Assembly (NCBI GenBank): GCA_004764695.1
Contig: SMSO01000037.1
Coordinates: forward strand, 720,747 to 784,746
Reading direction: 5' to 3'
DNA: 64,000 nt
Source of the DNA: Schizochytrium sp. TIO01
Taxonomy: Eukaryota > Protista > Bigyra: Labyrinthulomycetes
Below, piece after piece: positions 45,745-57,800 of the stretch (its first letter is position 1; every line of letters starts with the position of its first letter). Both the position numbers and the translations under genes were made by a program. The notes under the pieces were generated by a model. It was not told where the DNA came from. It saw only the letters and a program-made list of their open reading frames with translations, and searched no databases.

Positions 45745-46512
45745 ATGGAGAAGCGGAGAAGCGAACTCTGTTTGGCTGGTGAGGTCTTTCAACAAATTGG
45801 AGATTCGCAACATCAAAAGGCTTGCACGCCTCAAAATCAGCTCGTGGTGTTAATGAAAGCAGCTCATGAGGTGCTCCGAACCCCTGCTCTCGTAAGCTGT
45901 CTATCACTAATTATTCTGCATCGCTACCTTGCTTCTGTTACGAAAGGCCCACGCAGCATCCCAGAAACCTCTGTACAAATACAAACAGGGCCTGCTTGCA
46001 TCTCGCTTGCCTACAAATCTGAGGACTATCCATGCCGGTTCCGTGAGATTCTTCATGCCTGGTACCAGGCGAGCAAAGCTAATGGAGTACAATCGTATCC
46101 ACCAGCTAATGATGCTGCCCGTACTCAACTTTATTTATCTCTAGGAAGAAGTGAAATGATCATCATGGCACAGATTGGTTTTGATGTGCTAGGAGGGGAC
46201 GTCCACCCTCTGAAATTCCTTGTAGTTATGATCGAGTATCTTACCAGCGAAGCAGGGCAGAGAAAGAGGCTTGTCTGCCAGGCTGGGATGCTTCTACACA
46301 ACGCGATCGAGCGTGGATTGGCACTTCAATTTCATGCTCGTTGCCTTGCTTGTGGCACTCTTCTATCAGCCATTCGTAGGAAAAGTACGTCGGAGCAATA
46401 TGCATCTGAAATTACAAGCGCGATAGCGCAGGAGCCTTGGTGGAGCCTGGCTCAAGTTAACACTGAAAATGTGAAATTCGCAGCTCATGTAGTTGATGAT
46501 ATAACGCAATAG
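45745..46512 (+). CDS. Divergent transcriptional cyclin (cyclin L/K/T-like)
   Basis: IILHRY, ACISLAYKSEDYPCRFREIL (~ACLFLAxKVEE.PRRLRDVI), EMIIMAQIGFDV...HPLKFL, LACGTL and PWW, consistent with two cyclin-box folds. Confidence 0.75.
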   Translation: MEKRRSELCLAGEVFQQIGDSQHQKACTPQNQLVVLMKAAHEVLRTPALVSCLSLIILHRYLASVTKGPRSIPETSVQIQTGPACISLAYKSEDYPCRFREILHAWYQASKANGVQSYPPANDAARTQLYLSLGRSEMIIMAQIGFDVLGGDVHPLKFLVVMIEYLTSEAGQRKRLVCQAGMLLHNAIERGLALQFHARCLACGTLLSAIRRKSTSEQYASEITSAIAQEPWWSLAQVNTENVKFAAHVVDDITQ

Positions 46513-47003
46513 ACTCTTCGAAGGCCGACGCATTGCAATGGTACCTAAGGATTATGTATACATTTTTAAAATAGAATGACTGGATTCCATCATGACCAAA
46601 ACTTGCGCTCTGGCGTCATGTGGATCTCTAAATTTCTAGTACCCCGTGCAAGATGCCTGAGCGATTGGTTCTTACTTTCTGAATACAAAGTTTAAATGAT
46701 ATACCTTTCATATTGTAAGAAAATGAAGGTATTTCTGCTATGTAAGCAAACAGAATCTAATTTAAATACCATATGGTAAGAATGCAGACATTCAATACGT
46801 TCATCAGCAAACATGTCTCTTTCTTGTTTCTTTCATTCGATGATATAGTCGTGGCCTTGTCTTATTGCGCTTCATGCTCCAAAATATCCAAATAATATAA
46901 ATCAGTTATGCAACATTAAAACCAACACAAACCTTTCAAATTAAGTAGATTCTTCCCAATAAACCTGCTTTACTATAATTATAAGTAGTACGGAGCATGG
47001 TCA

Positions 47004-50000
47004 TTAGATGCGTGCTAACATGGGAAAATCAGCCACTGAAGATGTCGTGCTTGATGCTGTCGTGCCACGGTGAATACGAGGACCTCTTAAAGAGTCAACC
47101 CGTCTGACAAGTTCGTGAAGATGATCCCTACTGTTGAAAGGAGGAAGCAAAGTTACAAATGTTTCGATTTTGCGCTCCTGGCCAATTCGCTTTGGACATT
47201 CTTTGCGATGTGTTGTGAGAACTCCCCAATCCTTGAGGGTTTCAACTGCATTTTGCAGGGTGACCGAGGCACAACTTTCGTAGTGAACAATTATCTGGTC
47301 ATGATATAAATTTTCTGCGAGCGTGAGCATACGCTGGATTAATGTAGCTATCTCCACCTTGGCATCTGGAAGAAGAGCAAGAAGCGCAGACACTGCCACA
47401 AAATAACTATCAATCAAAGGCCATACCATGGAACACAAAAGGCTATAGACTCTTTCAGCATCTGAGTGCTCTCGAGCCACCCTCACTTTTCCATCTTTAG
47501 CAATCTCAATTATATTTCGATCTTGCAGATCTAGCAAGCTATCTCGAACATCCCGTGGAGTCCGAATAAACTCTCTACGTAGCAATGATTCCAGAAGTAG
47601 AGCATCTTCTTGTACAAACTCAAGGTCTGCGAGGCCAGTACTAGAATCAGTCCGAGCATAAAGGCCACATGCCCAAAACCCTTCCGAGGCAAACAAGTGT
47701 ATGATTTTGTTTCTATAATAACCCAAGATAACCATTTTATGATAGTCTTTGGTTGCGCTATCAACAGCAACTTGCACGACACGAGGAGATTGACGTCTTT
47801 GAATAGTATCGCCTAACAGATGCATAGCACGTTTGACCAAGTCTGTGCGATCCTCACCTTCAGCGCATGCCACATGACCACCTCGCCGCAGCACTTCCTC
47901 CCGAAGCCATTCAACACTGGATGCCAACTGGTCTAATGTAAGACCATGCCGATATGTTAATAATAATGTTGCCACGAGATGAATCGGCATGCAGACTGCC
48001 GCTCCTTGCATTGCATGTATAATCTGTAAGCCCAATGCTCGGGCTGGAGATACAGCAGGAGTAGCTCGTTGCAGCTCCTGTCGGGCCATAATATGTTCCC
48101 CAAACTGCACTGAGATATAGCCAAAACTTTTACCTAGACGAAGCATGGACTTGAGAAGGTTCTCGGTTGTTTCTGGCATCTTTGAGGAGCCAAGCATCTC
48201 ATGTGAATAAAGAGTTGCCTCTACAGGCTTTTCATAATCAATGGAAATCGGGACGAAAATAAGGTCTTGCAGCCGACCATCACGTACGGGCTCAATGCAA
48301 ATGCTAGTGAGGCCAGATTTTGGATCTAGGCATTTGCCACTGCGGCTTCGTGTACCCTCAATGTAATACTCGACAATTTGACGGTCCACGAGAAGTTGCT
48401 GTGTATAAGCCGTAAATACTGCTGCGTAAAGGGGATCCTTTTCCAAAGCACCTTGACGCCGTAGAAAGAATGCACCCGCGGACCGCAAGATTCCAGAAAC
48501 ACCGTTCATTTTTAAGAAATCTGTAGTTGATGCAATAAAGGGAACTGGGAGATTGAAAGCAAACATAAGAAAGGAGAGCATGACAAAATCGACATAGCTC
48601 CGGTGTGTAGGAACCAAAACAATTGGGTATTGCGCCGCAGCAGCTGCTGCACGTAAATGCTCGAGCCCCTCTTCATGCACGCGAATTCCATCATACATTT
48701 TGCGCCAGATCTTACGCAATGCCCACCCAAGCCAGCGAGGTGGACCATCCACCAAGGTGCTGGCTATTTCATCAAAAAGCGCATTGGCCCGAGCTAACAC
48801 TTTGGCTCTTGCAGATGATCGCGAACGCAGTGATGCATCATTTGTAGATGGTGAAGAGCCGCTTATTGTCTTCGAAGAGGACTTGCACTTTATTCGACTG
48901 AGCTCTGCCTTGAGTTCATCTTTGATCGCTGCTTTTACCTTGTTTGACCTCATCACAAGTGCGCGCATGGCCTCAGGCGAGCGTTTGGTAGAGCGAGGTA
49001 CATGCTTTGCTTCATGAGCGAGACCCTCACGCCAACCTGTAAGACCCATTAGCCGTCCTAAAACACCCGATCGAGTATATCCAGGCTTGCGACTAGAAGT
49101 ATAAGCCCACGAAATATCAGACATCATTCCAGGAAAGCTTATGCGGTGGTGGTCAGGATCCCACTTGAGTAGCCTGCCAAGGGTTAAACTCACGTCGTTG
49201 TGGGTGACTGCACTTTGGCTGATAGGAACAACATTTTCATTAAGAATAAAACGATCGAGACCGTAAGTGTAGTTTTCAATATATCGAGTCCATACGATGT
49301 CTAAAGCATTGACGCAGAGCTTATTGGTTCCATAGTCTATAGTTGGTACCATCGGTATAGAGCCAGGAGATTGTCCATCACGAAGAGTCTTATCTTCTAA
49401 AGACCAACGCTTAGCAGTGCTGCAGTCAAATATGTATTCGACAGTGGTAAAAGGCTCAAAGAGGCTAACGAGATACTCAGCACGGTCTTGCAACATTTGG
49501 AGCTTATTGGCAAGTTTTGCGGCATCACCACCACCGAATGCTGCTATTCGTCCATATGCCCAGGTGGGTAGTGAGTAGCGGAGTGCCCATTCTAAAGCAA
49601 ACTGCTGTCGGTTTTGCAGCATGCGAAATTTTACTGGACCAGGCGTAAGTTTCGACGCTGGCTGCTTGTTGCGATATGATGCAAGAACGCTATTGGAAAC
49701 AACACGCCAACGGCATGGGTTGAAGGCTGAAGAGCAGCTGTGCGATACTTGAAGATCGCCTTGGCGGTCCCACACCGATACACACGCGCGCAACATATGA
49801 TTTACGACAAAGTCCACTGGAATAAGAGCGGCTACACCTCTCGGATTTCCAGGGAGCATTGTGACAACTCCTAAAATAGTCCCCATGAAGACTGCCGATG
49901 CTGCACTGACAACATCCACCCAGCCTGGACATGGCTCGCGCCATGCAGCACCGACAATAGATGGACGTACTATTGCTAGGGGCACATCTCCATGGCGTCT

Positions 50001-50858
50001 CGAAAGCATAACCTCGCCCATGGCCTTTGTTAGCGTATAAGTGTTAGGGAATTCACCTTGGATCCGCAGCTGCATACGACTTAGGCCAAGCCCATCTGAG
50101 GATGATGGCACCTCTCTTTGCATGCTTTGGAGGACATCTTCAGGATCAAAATCCATCTCATGGATTTTCTCCGGAATCTTCTGGCCTGTTTTGATATTTG
50201 CTGCCACATATGCCGTAGATACATGAACCATGGCCCGAACCTTAAGCCTTCTCGCAACCTCAAGAGCTTCTAAAGCACCTTGTGTGTTGAGCTGTAAGGC
50301 TTGCTCGAGTGGGTCATCAAAGTTTACAGATGCCGCACAATGAAAGAAGATTTCTACATTCTCCATATCCATCCTCGCGAAATCCGCATCGCTGATCCCA
50401 AGTCTAGGCAACGTGATGTCACCATTCACAGCAACCAGAATTTCTTCACATCTTTCTATGACTTTCTCTCGACCCCAACTGCGTTCCAATGTTTGGAAAA
50501 TGGGCGAGTTTATAATCTCGAGTTTTACGCGTTCTGTTGCTAGCCTGCCCTTACCGGCCCTCACTAGCAAGAAAACACGCCGCACATCGCTGAAGCATCG
50601 GATCAGTTTTTCTACTAGCACCTTGCCCAGAAAACCTGTCGCTCCTGTCACCAAAACAGATCTTCCTCGCAAGAGTTCTCGTGCTGCAGCGCCGCCACAA
50701 GGCGCCTTTTCAACACTAGGTTTACCTTCATCAAACTCAGCATTATTTCCAGCATGGCCTAAATTCGCTTTGTGGCCACCCGAACCGAGGCCGACTCCAG
50801 CAACCCGCGTGTCAGTCGATTCGCTGGTTGCATCGAGGCCCGACCCAGTGGCCTTCAT
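47004..50858 (-). CDS. Bifunctional fatty acyl-CoA reductase / DHAP(G3P) acyltransferase fusion (FARAT-like), probably peroxisomal
   Basis: FAR part: VTGATGFLGKVLVEKL, HCAASVNF, HVSTAYV, YTLTK (YxxxK) and IVRPSIV. Acyltransferase part: PTHRSYVD (HxxxxD), GAFFLRR, IEGTRSRSG and FVPISIDYEK. The C-terminal -ARI is PTS1-like. Confidence 0.93.
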   Translation of the reverse strand: MKATGSGLDATSESTDTRVAGVGLGSGGHKANLGHAGNNAEFDEGKPSVEKAPCGGAAARELLRGRSVLVTGATGFLGKVLVEKLIRCFSDVRRVFLLVRAGKGRLATERVKLEIINSPIFQTLERSWGREKVIERCEEILVAVNGDITLPRLGISDADFARMDMENVEIFFHCAASVNFDDPLEQALQLNTQGALEALEVARRLKVRAMVHVSTAYVAANIKTGQKIPEKIHEMDFDPEDVLQSMQREVPSSSDGLGLSRMQLRIQGEFPNTYTLTKAMGEVMLSRRHGDVPLAIVRPSIVGAAWREPCPGWVDVVSAASAVFMGTILGVVTMLPGNPRGVAALIPVDFVVNHMLRACVSVWDRQGDLQVSHSCSSAFNPCRWRVVSNSVLASYRNKQPASKLTPGPVKFRMLQNRQQFALEWALRYSLPTWAYGRIAAFGGGDAAKLANKLQMLQDRAEYLVSLFEPFTTVEYIFDCSTAKRWSLEDKTLRDGQSPGSIPMVPTIDYGTNKLCVNALDIVWTRYIENYTYGLDRFILNENVVPISQSAVTHNDVSLTLGRLLKWDPDHHRISFPGMMSDISWAYTSSRKPGYTRSGVLGRLMGLTGWREGLAHEAKHVPRSTKRSPEAMRALVMRSNKVKAAIKDELKAELSRIKCKSSSKTISGSSPSTNDASLRSRSSARAKVLARANALFDEIASTLVDGPPRWLGWALRKIWRKMYDGIRVHEEGLEHLRAAAAAAQYPIVLVPTHRSYVDFVMLSFLMFAFNLPVPFIASTTDFLKMNGVSGILRSAGAFFLRRQGALEKDPLYAAVFTAYTQQLLVDRQIVEYYIEGTRSRSGKCLDPKSGLTSICIEPVRDGRLQDLIFVPISIDYEKPVEATLYSHEMLGSSKMPETTENLLKSMLRLGKSFGYISVQFGEHIMARQELQRATPAVSPARALGLQIIHAMQGAAVCMPIHLVATLLLTYRHGLTLDQLASSVEWLREEVLRRGGHVACAEGEDRTDLVKRAMHLLGDTIQRRQSPRVVQVAVDSATKDYHKMVILGYYRNKIIHLFASEGFWACGLYARTDSSTGLADLEFVQEDALLLESLLRREFIRTPRDVRDSLLDLQDRNIIEIAKDGKVRVAREHSDAERVYSLLCSMVWPLIDSYFVAVSALLALLPDAKVEIATLIQRMLTLAENLYHDQIIVHYESCASVTLQNAVETLKDWGVLTTHRKECPKRIGQERKIETFVTLLPPFNSRDHLHELVRRVDSLRGPRIHRGTTASSTTSSVADFPMLARI

Positions 50859-53800
50859 CGCAAACTAAGTCACGTGTTGACCAAGGTCAGTGCAAAAATC
50901 TTATTCTGCGGTCACAAGTTTCGTTGCGGTACTACAATTTTGTCTTCATGTTTTCTTCGAGTACCTATGTTTCTTTTTTGTTCCCACTTTGAAAATAGTT
51001 CATCTTATTTTATTATCTCCTTTTCTATGGTTTATGCTATCCACTTAGTTGCCAGCGCCTACTTTCAAAACACACAACATTTACTTTCGCCTGGATAACA
51101 CGTCCAAATCAAGCCTTTGGCATTTATTTCATGGATAAAAACTACACATTTTCCCTCTATTGCCACAACAATCGATCAATTATTGCTCGAAATTTTGAGA
51201 TATCAGAATTTGTTAAGAGGTGTTGCGAGACTCCAAGTATCGATTTGGGAAAAGAAAAAAAAAGTAGCTAAGGTACTCATTTTCCAGCGTGGCACAAAGG
51301 TAAAATTGAGCGAGGGTTGTTTCCTTAGGTTTAGGTCGAATTCAAAAAGATTTATCAAGTGAAAGAATGTATCGAAGACCTTTGCGTGTGAGTTGAGCTG
51401 AAGGTTGAGCACGATGTTGATAGATTTTGCAAACATGGAAGACTCAATCATACGAAAAACAAACGTTGTATTCTTTTGGGGAATCATATGTCGCAATGTA
51501 TATATACGTTTTATATGCCTCTTCTGCCCCCTACCTCTGACGAGGTCTGTCTGATCGCGTTGTATAATATACTATATAAGTTCTATTGATCAGAATACGG
51601 CAGGCTGGATACCGCTCAACATGTGTGCGGATAATTGGCTCCGGTCCGTTTTGACCAAGTGCGTGTTTTAGGCTATTCGCCAGATTTTAATATTGCTCTT
51701 CAGAGTATCCTAAATAGCAGAGAAAACAGACAGTAGCTACCAGCACGCAGCTTGTTTGCCGTTCACAGTAGGAAAACTGCAACAACAAGAGAAGTTTCTC
51801 GCTGTTTCTCTACGTGTTACAGGTTGGCACACACGTCCCTGGCCCTGACAGTCGGACAATCCGTGCAGGAGACACATAAGACCATTATGCCCGAAGCAGT
51901 TAAAGCTTATATTATGACTTGACTCATTCATCTTTTGAGGGTCTTGAACAGCTGTCCATAGAATACTTAATCATTTAGTCAGATCGAATTTACCAACACG
52001 TTATTTTATTGGTCAAAGCTAATGGCTCCGTTTGTTTAAAACCTAGTTGTGACTCCTTTTCATACAAGACAGCAACATCAAGACATCCTGATATCACTTG
52101 GTCCAGAGTGAACAGGTAGTATACTTGTCTTTGAATGTTGCCCCGTTCTACGAAGAGGATGGAATAGAACACAAAAAGACCTCAAATGAGCACGTAAGTT
52201 TATCTCAAATGGGTACATATATTTTATTTCAAACTTGTCGCAGTTGTGCAACCTAATTTCATTTTACATTCTAATAACCCATGATGTCAACAGAGTTATC
52301 GAATATCGAGATAACTCCTTTTCCGTAACCTTTATGGAATTATGATGACAATATTTAAGAACCAGTGCGAGTCAATTTTAACCTAAGTACAGCTAGCACC
52401 TGATCCCGTTTTGCAGATTACCAGGATCGCTGGACTGTCCAGTAGCAGCATCTGGCAATCTCCCCCTGAAGTCAGAGGTTTTGATCCCTTCTTTTTCTAA
52501 AAATATGAATAAAGTTCTCTCATCCTTTGGTAGATATTGCTAGTTTAGTCTCACATGCCCACCTTACCTTGCAAGTGGCAGTGCAACAAAATCCAATTCT
52601 TCGTCTCGGCGCACGCCATCTCCATATACAAGTACACAATTTAGCCCAATTTTGAGATCCACCGTTCATCGTCTTCTTCTAGCCTCTTTCCAAGTCAGTC
52701 CAACATCAAATCAATCAAACCGAGTTCAACATCGTCTGCAACGGCAAGCATAATGGCAATAGTATTGATATTGTTAAGGCTTGGGAAGCTCGTTTTTGCC
52801 TATTCATTCTCTCTGGAGCTCTCGTCGGCCAGTCTTCAACAACCTGAATTCACATTATCATAAATCGATGCTGCTGCTGCACGCGCTGACCAGACACTCC
52901 TACCTTATGGGATAATAGACACCGCTAGGACCGATAACTGAGAACGCCCGTGCACATCGATTCATCTCGCCAAAACCATGCTTGCGCCTCATTTCTGCAG
53001 TATTCCGCTCCACAAGTTGCTCAAATCGAACGACTTGCCTTTTCGGCCTGTCAGGAACAACGTTTCGGCCATTTCCAGCCGCGAGGTCCGCACGGGCCAA
53101 GCCCTTTGAAGGTAAGCGGAGCGCGCGCCGCTTTTTCATCTGCACTTTAGGAGTAGTGAAGTACTATGTAGGTAGGTAGGAAGGAGCCTACTACAGCAAA
53201 CACTACTACTACAGCTACAGAATTGTGACACCCAAAGTCAATTCTAACGCGTGAGTCTACGACTGAAGCGCTTAAACAGCATGATCTAAAGGCCACAAAG
53301 CCCACCATGGGATGAGTGTAGCCGTCCCGAGCTGCACCAAATGGGCTTGCGCCGCCATATCCCATGAGCTTGGGAAACACTGCGAATACGCTCCTCGAAT
53401 TTAAGACATAACAGCATCCGTGATTAATGCTTTTCCCTTCATAGATAATATATGTACTTAAATAAAATTTTATGAATATAGGTATATTTTAAAACTAGGT
53501 AGAATGAGTTTCTTTTTCTTCTCTCTCTTTTGCTTTATTTTATCGTATCAAGTTGAACCTCCTTTTTCTTATTTCCCGATTTTTTTTTCATTTTTTTTTA
53601 ATTTTAAAACATTTTTTTAAAAAATACATTTGAAACATTCTATTTGCTTTCATTGTATTGATTTATTGAAAAATAAAACATACAAATCAACATGTTACCT
53701 ATTATACCATGTATTAGTATTCTTTTGCATTCTCGCCAGTTGACCCATCCCTGAGAGCTCTTTTTCTTGGCTTAAAACTCAGGTCGAACGAAGCACATCC

Positions 53801-54779
53801 ATCTCTATTCACGAATCACGACTCTTTCAATAAGAAATCCACGGCAGAGTTAAGCACCTGCCGTACCTCGCACAGGTTTGCAAGTAAATGCAGAGCTTGG
53901 ACAATCGTATTTCTGAAAAAACAGAAAAAACTTGAGCGAGTACAAACAAAAACATGGCACTGATCGCAGATAACGGGGTCATCTCAAGCACTGGCCAATC
54001 GACACCCTTGTCGCACGAAGGGGAGCGCTAACCTACTTGAAGAATTGAGAATCAATCGACAAGACTCTAAACTCTGGAGCAGGTGCGCTGGCCATCGTTC
54101 CCCGATTGCGAGCATTTGCATAGCAGAAGGCGGCACTTGTCACGTCTGTCACAATGAGGCGCAAGTCGCCTCGGAGCTCCGCCCTGTAGAGCTCCGCAAG
54201 GTGCTCAGATGCAGCAACATATTGCACCACGATCAGGCGAGCAATCAGCTCAGCCCAAGCGAAGGTCTCTCTTGAGATCGCAAACGAATTGCTCCGCTTT
54301 TACAACTCCAAGCAACCGTTCCTAGCGCGACCTTGCACTGCACTAGAAAACGTGCCAACGCAACGCAACGCAACGCAATGCAGCAGCAGCAACAACAACG
54401 ACAGAGTGCAACGCAGTGCAGCTCACCATCATCGCTGCGAGTATTTTTCTTTAGAACCTCAATGACTGCAGACATTAGAAGCTTCATCGACATCGACATC
54501 GACATTGGGCATCTCTGCGTCCTTGAAGATCTCTAAGACCACGTCCTTTCCAGCCCGCCCATGGCGTCGCAGAGGACAGGAAGTACACGCAGGCAAGCCA
54601 CTGCTGCACTCGCTTCAGGTTTCTTCGACATTGTCCAGAACTAATTCCACAATCAATCGTTGGTCTCCCCAAAGCGAAGCGCTTTTGGGGTCTTTCCGCT
54701 CACTTCTTTCTCCAGGCTTTATCTGAATTGGAGCTCCTCAAATTGCGCTTTTCGCGAGGGTCCAAGCGGACTTGCAAAG

Positions 54780-54780
54780 C

Positions 54781-54824
<44 letters not shown>
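54780..54824. repeat. (CAT)n trinucleotide repeat, ~14 units (poly-Asp on the minus strand)
   Basis: Directly visible. Confidence 0.92.
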
Positions 54825-57800
54825 CGTTTGCAATCTGATTCCTCGCGATGTTCTTCAATCGACGGCCCAAGGGCTCAAGGGCCCAAGGGTCCTTCGCGAG
54901 GTTCTTGAGCTTACGCCATTAAGTTGACCAAAGCAGGTTCCAGAGCCATCAGTTTCAACTTGACAGAGCCCTCCCTCATTGGGCGCTGCCAACTCCTCCG
55001 TTGACTGCCTTTGTTCGATTAGTTGTCGAGATTCTTCGCTTATTTCGAGACCCTGTTGGATTTGCTCCACTTTCAAGTGCTTCCTCCTCTGTAAGGTGTG
55101 CGTGCCTTTGCTCCACCTCGAGTTCACTCAACTGCTCACGAAAACATAGTCATTCGTGAACACTCAAGACCCTTGTGTTGCCATGTAATGAGAGTCTGCA
55201 TTCTGCGCTTCTGTTTCCTCCCTTGGTATTATCTTATTATACTCTCCCCCCACCTTTTTTCTTCTCTTTTTAAGTTTTAAAAATTAGTGATTAAAATGTA
55301 AAATTTAAAACTAAACATTGAAAATACAGGTATGTAGCATATATTAAAAGTTTTACTCCTTTTTTCTGAATTAATTATGTTTTATTTATTTAAAAAATAA
55401 ATAAATTGTCTGGAGGGACAACAACGAAGGACAAAACGATGTCATGCTTCCTCGCAGGCTTAGAGATGCGCATCAAATCCTTCTCGCTCTCTTTCTAGCT
55501 GCACGGACTCAACTTAAATCTACTCGTGCTTGTCCTCAGAGGCGCTGCAGGCTCTGCTTTTGTCCGAGTTCCTCTGCCAGCTCTCTCCAGCCTTGGCAGT
55601 TTTGGAGATCTCTGATGCTAGCCGGTGCCTATATAGGTTCTATTGCGCCCTCATCGCTCTGCAACACCACTGTACCCCTCGTACTTTCCCGCAGTCGGCC
55701 TTTCCAGCTTTGCTTTTACAGAATATCCAACTTGCCGAGAGCTGAAAACGAATGTCGCGGAGCAACAGAACAATGTCATCGACGGGTTTTCGAAAGACAA
55801 CGGCTGACCAGGGACCTTGGTGTTGACTCTGCAGAGGTAGTAGGTACCATCCACGCCTGGAAATCGTACCTTGTTTTAAGTGATCTGCGACTCTGAAAGG
55901 AAAGCTTTGAACAATAGGAGATCAGGGAACAACATACTCGTTCCCCAAAGTTCTACTCATATTGCACTCAACATTCAGACTCTCTAACCATCTGCACTAA
56001 ACTATGCAGGGTATGATCTTTGCAGATTATTGCAAGATTGTAGCCTCGATTCCATTGAAGGGCCAAAAACGCACACTCTCGCCAACTCGCATGAAACAAA
56101 CAACCTGCCTGTTGAAGGAACTACGTACTTCTTAAAGCATAAGAGGTGCTTTTGTATAACTTTATCTTACTTTTGAGAATATAAAACATTTGATATACCT
56201 ACCTATAGTGTGTCATGTATAGCACTTTAAATTGTCCTTCCAAACCTAGAATCAAGATTAAAGCTACACTTTGACCAAAAGTTTTAGCACTCAAGAAAGG
56301 GTTCATGTTTACAATAACAATCGTTTTATATATAATATTTCAATTCAACAATAGCAACAACAGATTTTTTATTTTTATTATTTTTATATAAAAAATATTA
56401 ATTAAACAGAATTAGTCTGCCTATGCGGATTCTAAGAGACACTAACGCTCCCATGAAATTGCCAATTTCGTGAGCCGGTCCATCACTGTCACATGAAAGA
56501 AAGGAAAGTCACCACCAAGTAGGTAGTAGGTAATAAATACTATGTTGGCAGTTTCTAATATCTCGCCAGCAAGAATGGAGAGGACATGAATGATCCGTCC
56601 AGCACTTGAGTTAGTCAATTGGAGAGTTGAACAACTAACGATTGAGGACATCGCGGAGGAAGAGAGCAACGATAGGAACCATAGCTTGGAGCCAAAGAGA
56701 ATCATTCAATTCATGCTGTTGCAGTTGCAGAAGGTTTCTTTCAACGATAGGCAGCAACCGTGCCAAGCGAGTTGAGCAGGTACTTTTCTGTGATGTGTTG
56801 AAAAATGGGGAATCAGTGCGCTGCTTAAATTTGACGGTTCTGTCCCAGAATAGAATGGTTTGCAAATCAAGAACCTTGCAAGCTGCCCTCGAAGTTGTAA
56901 ACGTGCACGGCGAAAGGCAAATACCGCCACCAGCATGTTCGCCTGAGATTGCTGTGATGCACTCGGCAGTTACAGAATGAGCAGCTCGGGAGTTGCCTCG
57001 GAACCGAAGTACGAATCAAGACTGCCATACGAAGTTGATGCCGGACAGGAAACCTACTTGCTTAAAGGCGAGATAAACTCACACGAGTTCAGAATCGACC
57101 TGAGGGTGCGAGTGTGGTTATTGTTCCTGCGACCGATTGAGCAATGGTTTCTTTCTTCCTGCTTTTTCAAACAGGCAATCAATTTTACAGAGTGTAAAAC
57201 TCCTCTTTATATTTGCAGGTTTCTGCAACCCAGGATGTCTCAAGACTCAGATGAGGTAATCTAATCAAGCCACCACTGTTGTTTTATCCTCGAGTTATGT
57301 TTGCTGCCTTCTATTTCACAAGGAAGTTTCGTTTGGTCATCCGATTCCAACTTCGCTAATCAGCATTTGCGTGTAAATCCATAGATTTGTAAATTTGGAA
57401 CTGGCCCTATATATCGCTTCGTATGCTTTTTGTAAATACCCAGCGCCTAGTACAAACCTACACTGTATGCGTATTTTTTTCTGCACGCCTTGTAATTATT
57501 GTGACTCAGTGCAGTATTTCGTGTGCTTCATTATTTCAGGTATGCCCCTCCCGTCTATTTATACTGAAGATCTTACATTGATCTTCTGATATACCGAGCC
57601 TACCAAAGAACCACCTGCAAAGGGATGTCTCATTTTCTTGAACTGTGAAAGCTTGCTATCTAAACGGATGAACAATAAAATAAGATAATGAACATTGGCG
57701 CAAAACACCAATGGTAGACCAGCTCCAAGAGCAAAATCTTATGAGTCTATCCGTGCGACAACTTCACCCTTAACCCAGTGACTTGCGAATGAACGGTGCC

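Noticed and set aside
52430-52495. tRNA-like fragment (ctgaagtcagaggttttgatcc resembles a T-arm)
   Set aside because: No convincing cloverleaf, acceptor stem or canonical TTCGA loop could be built.
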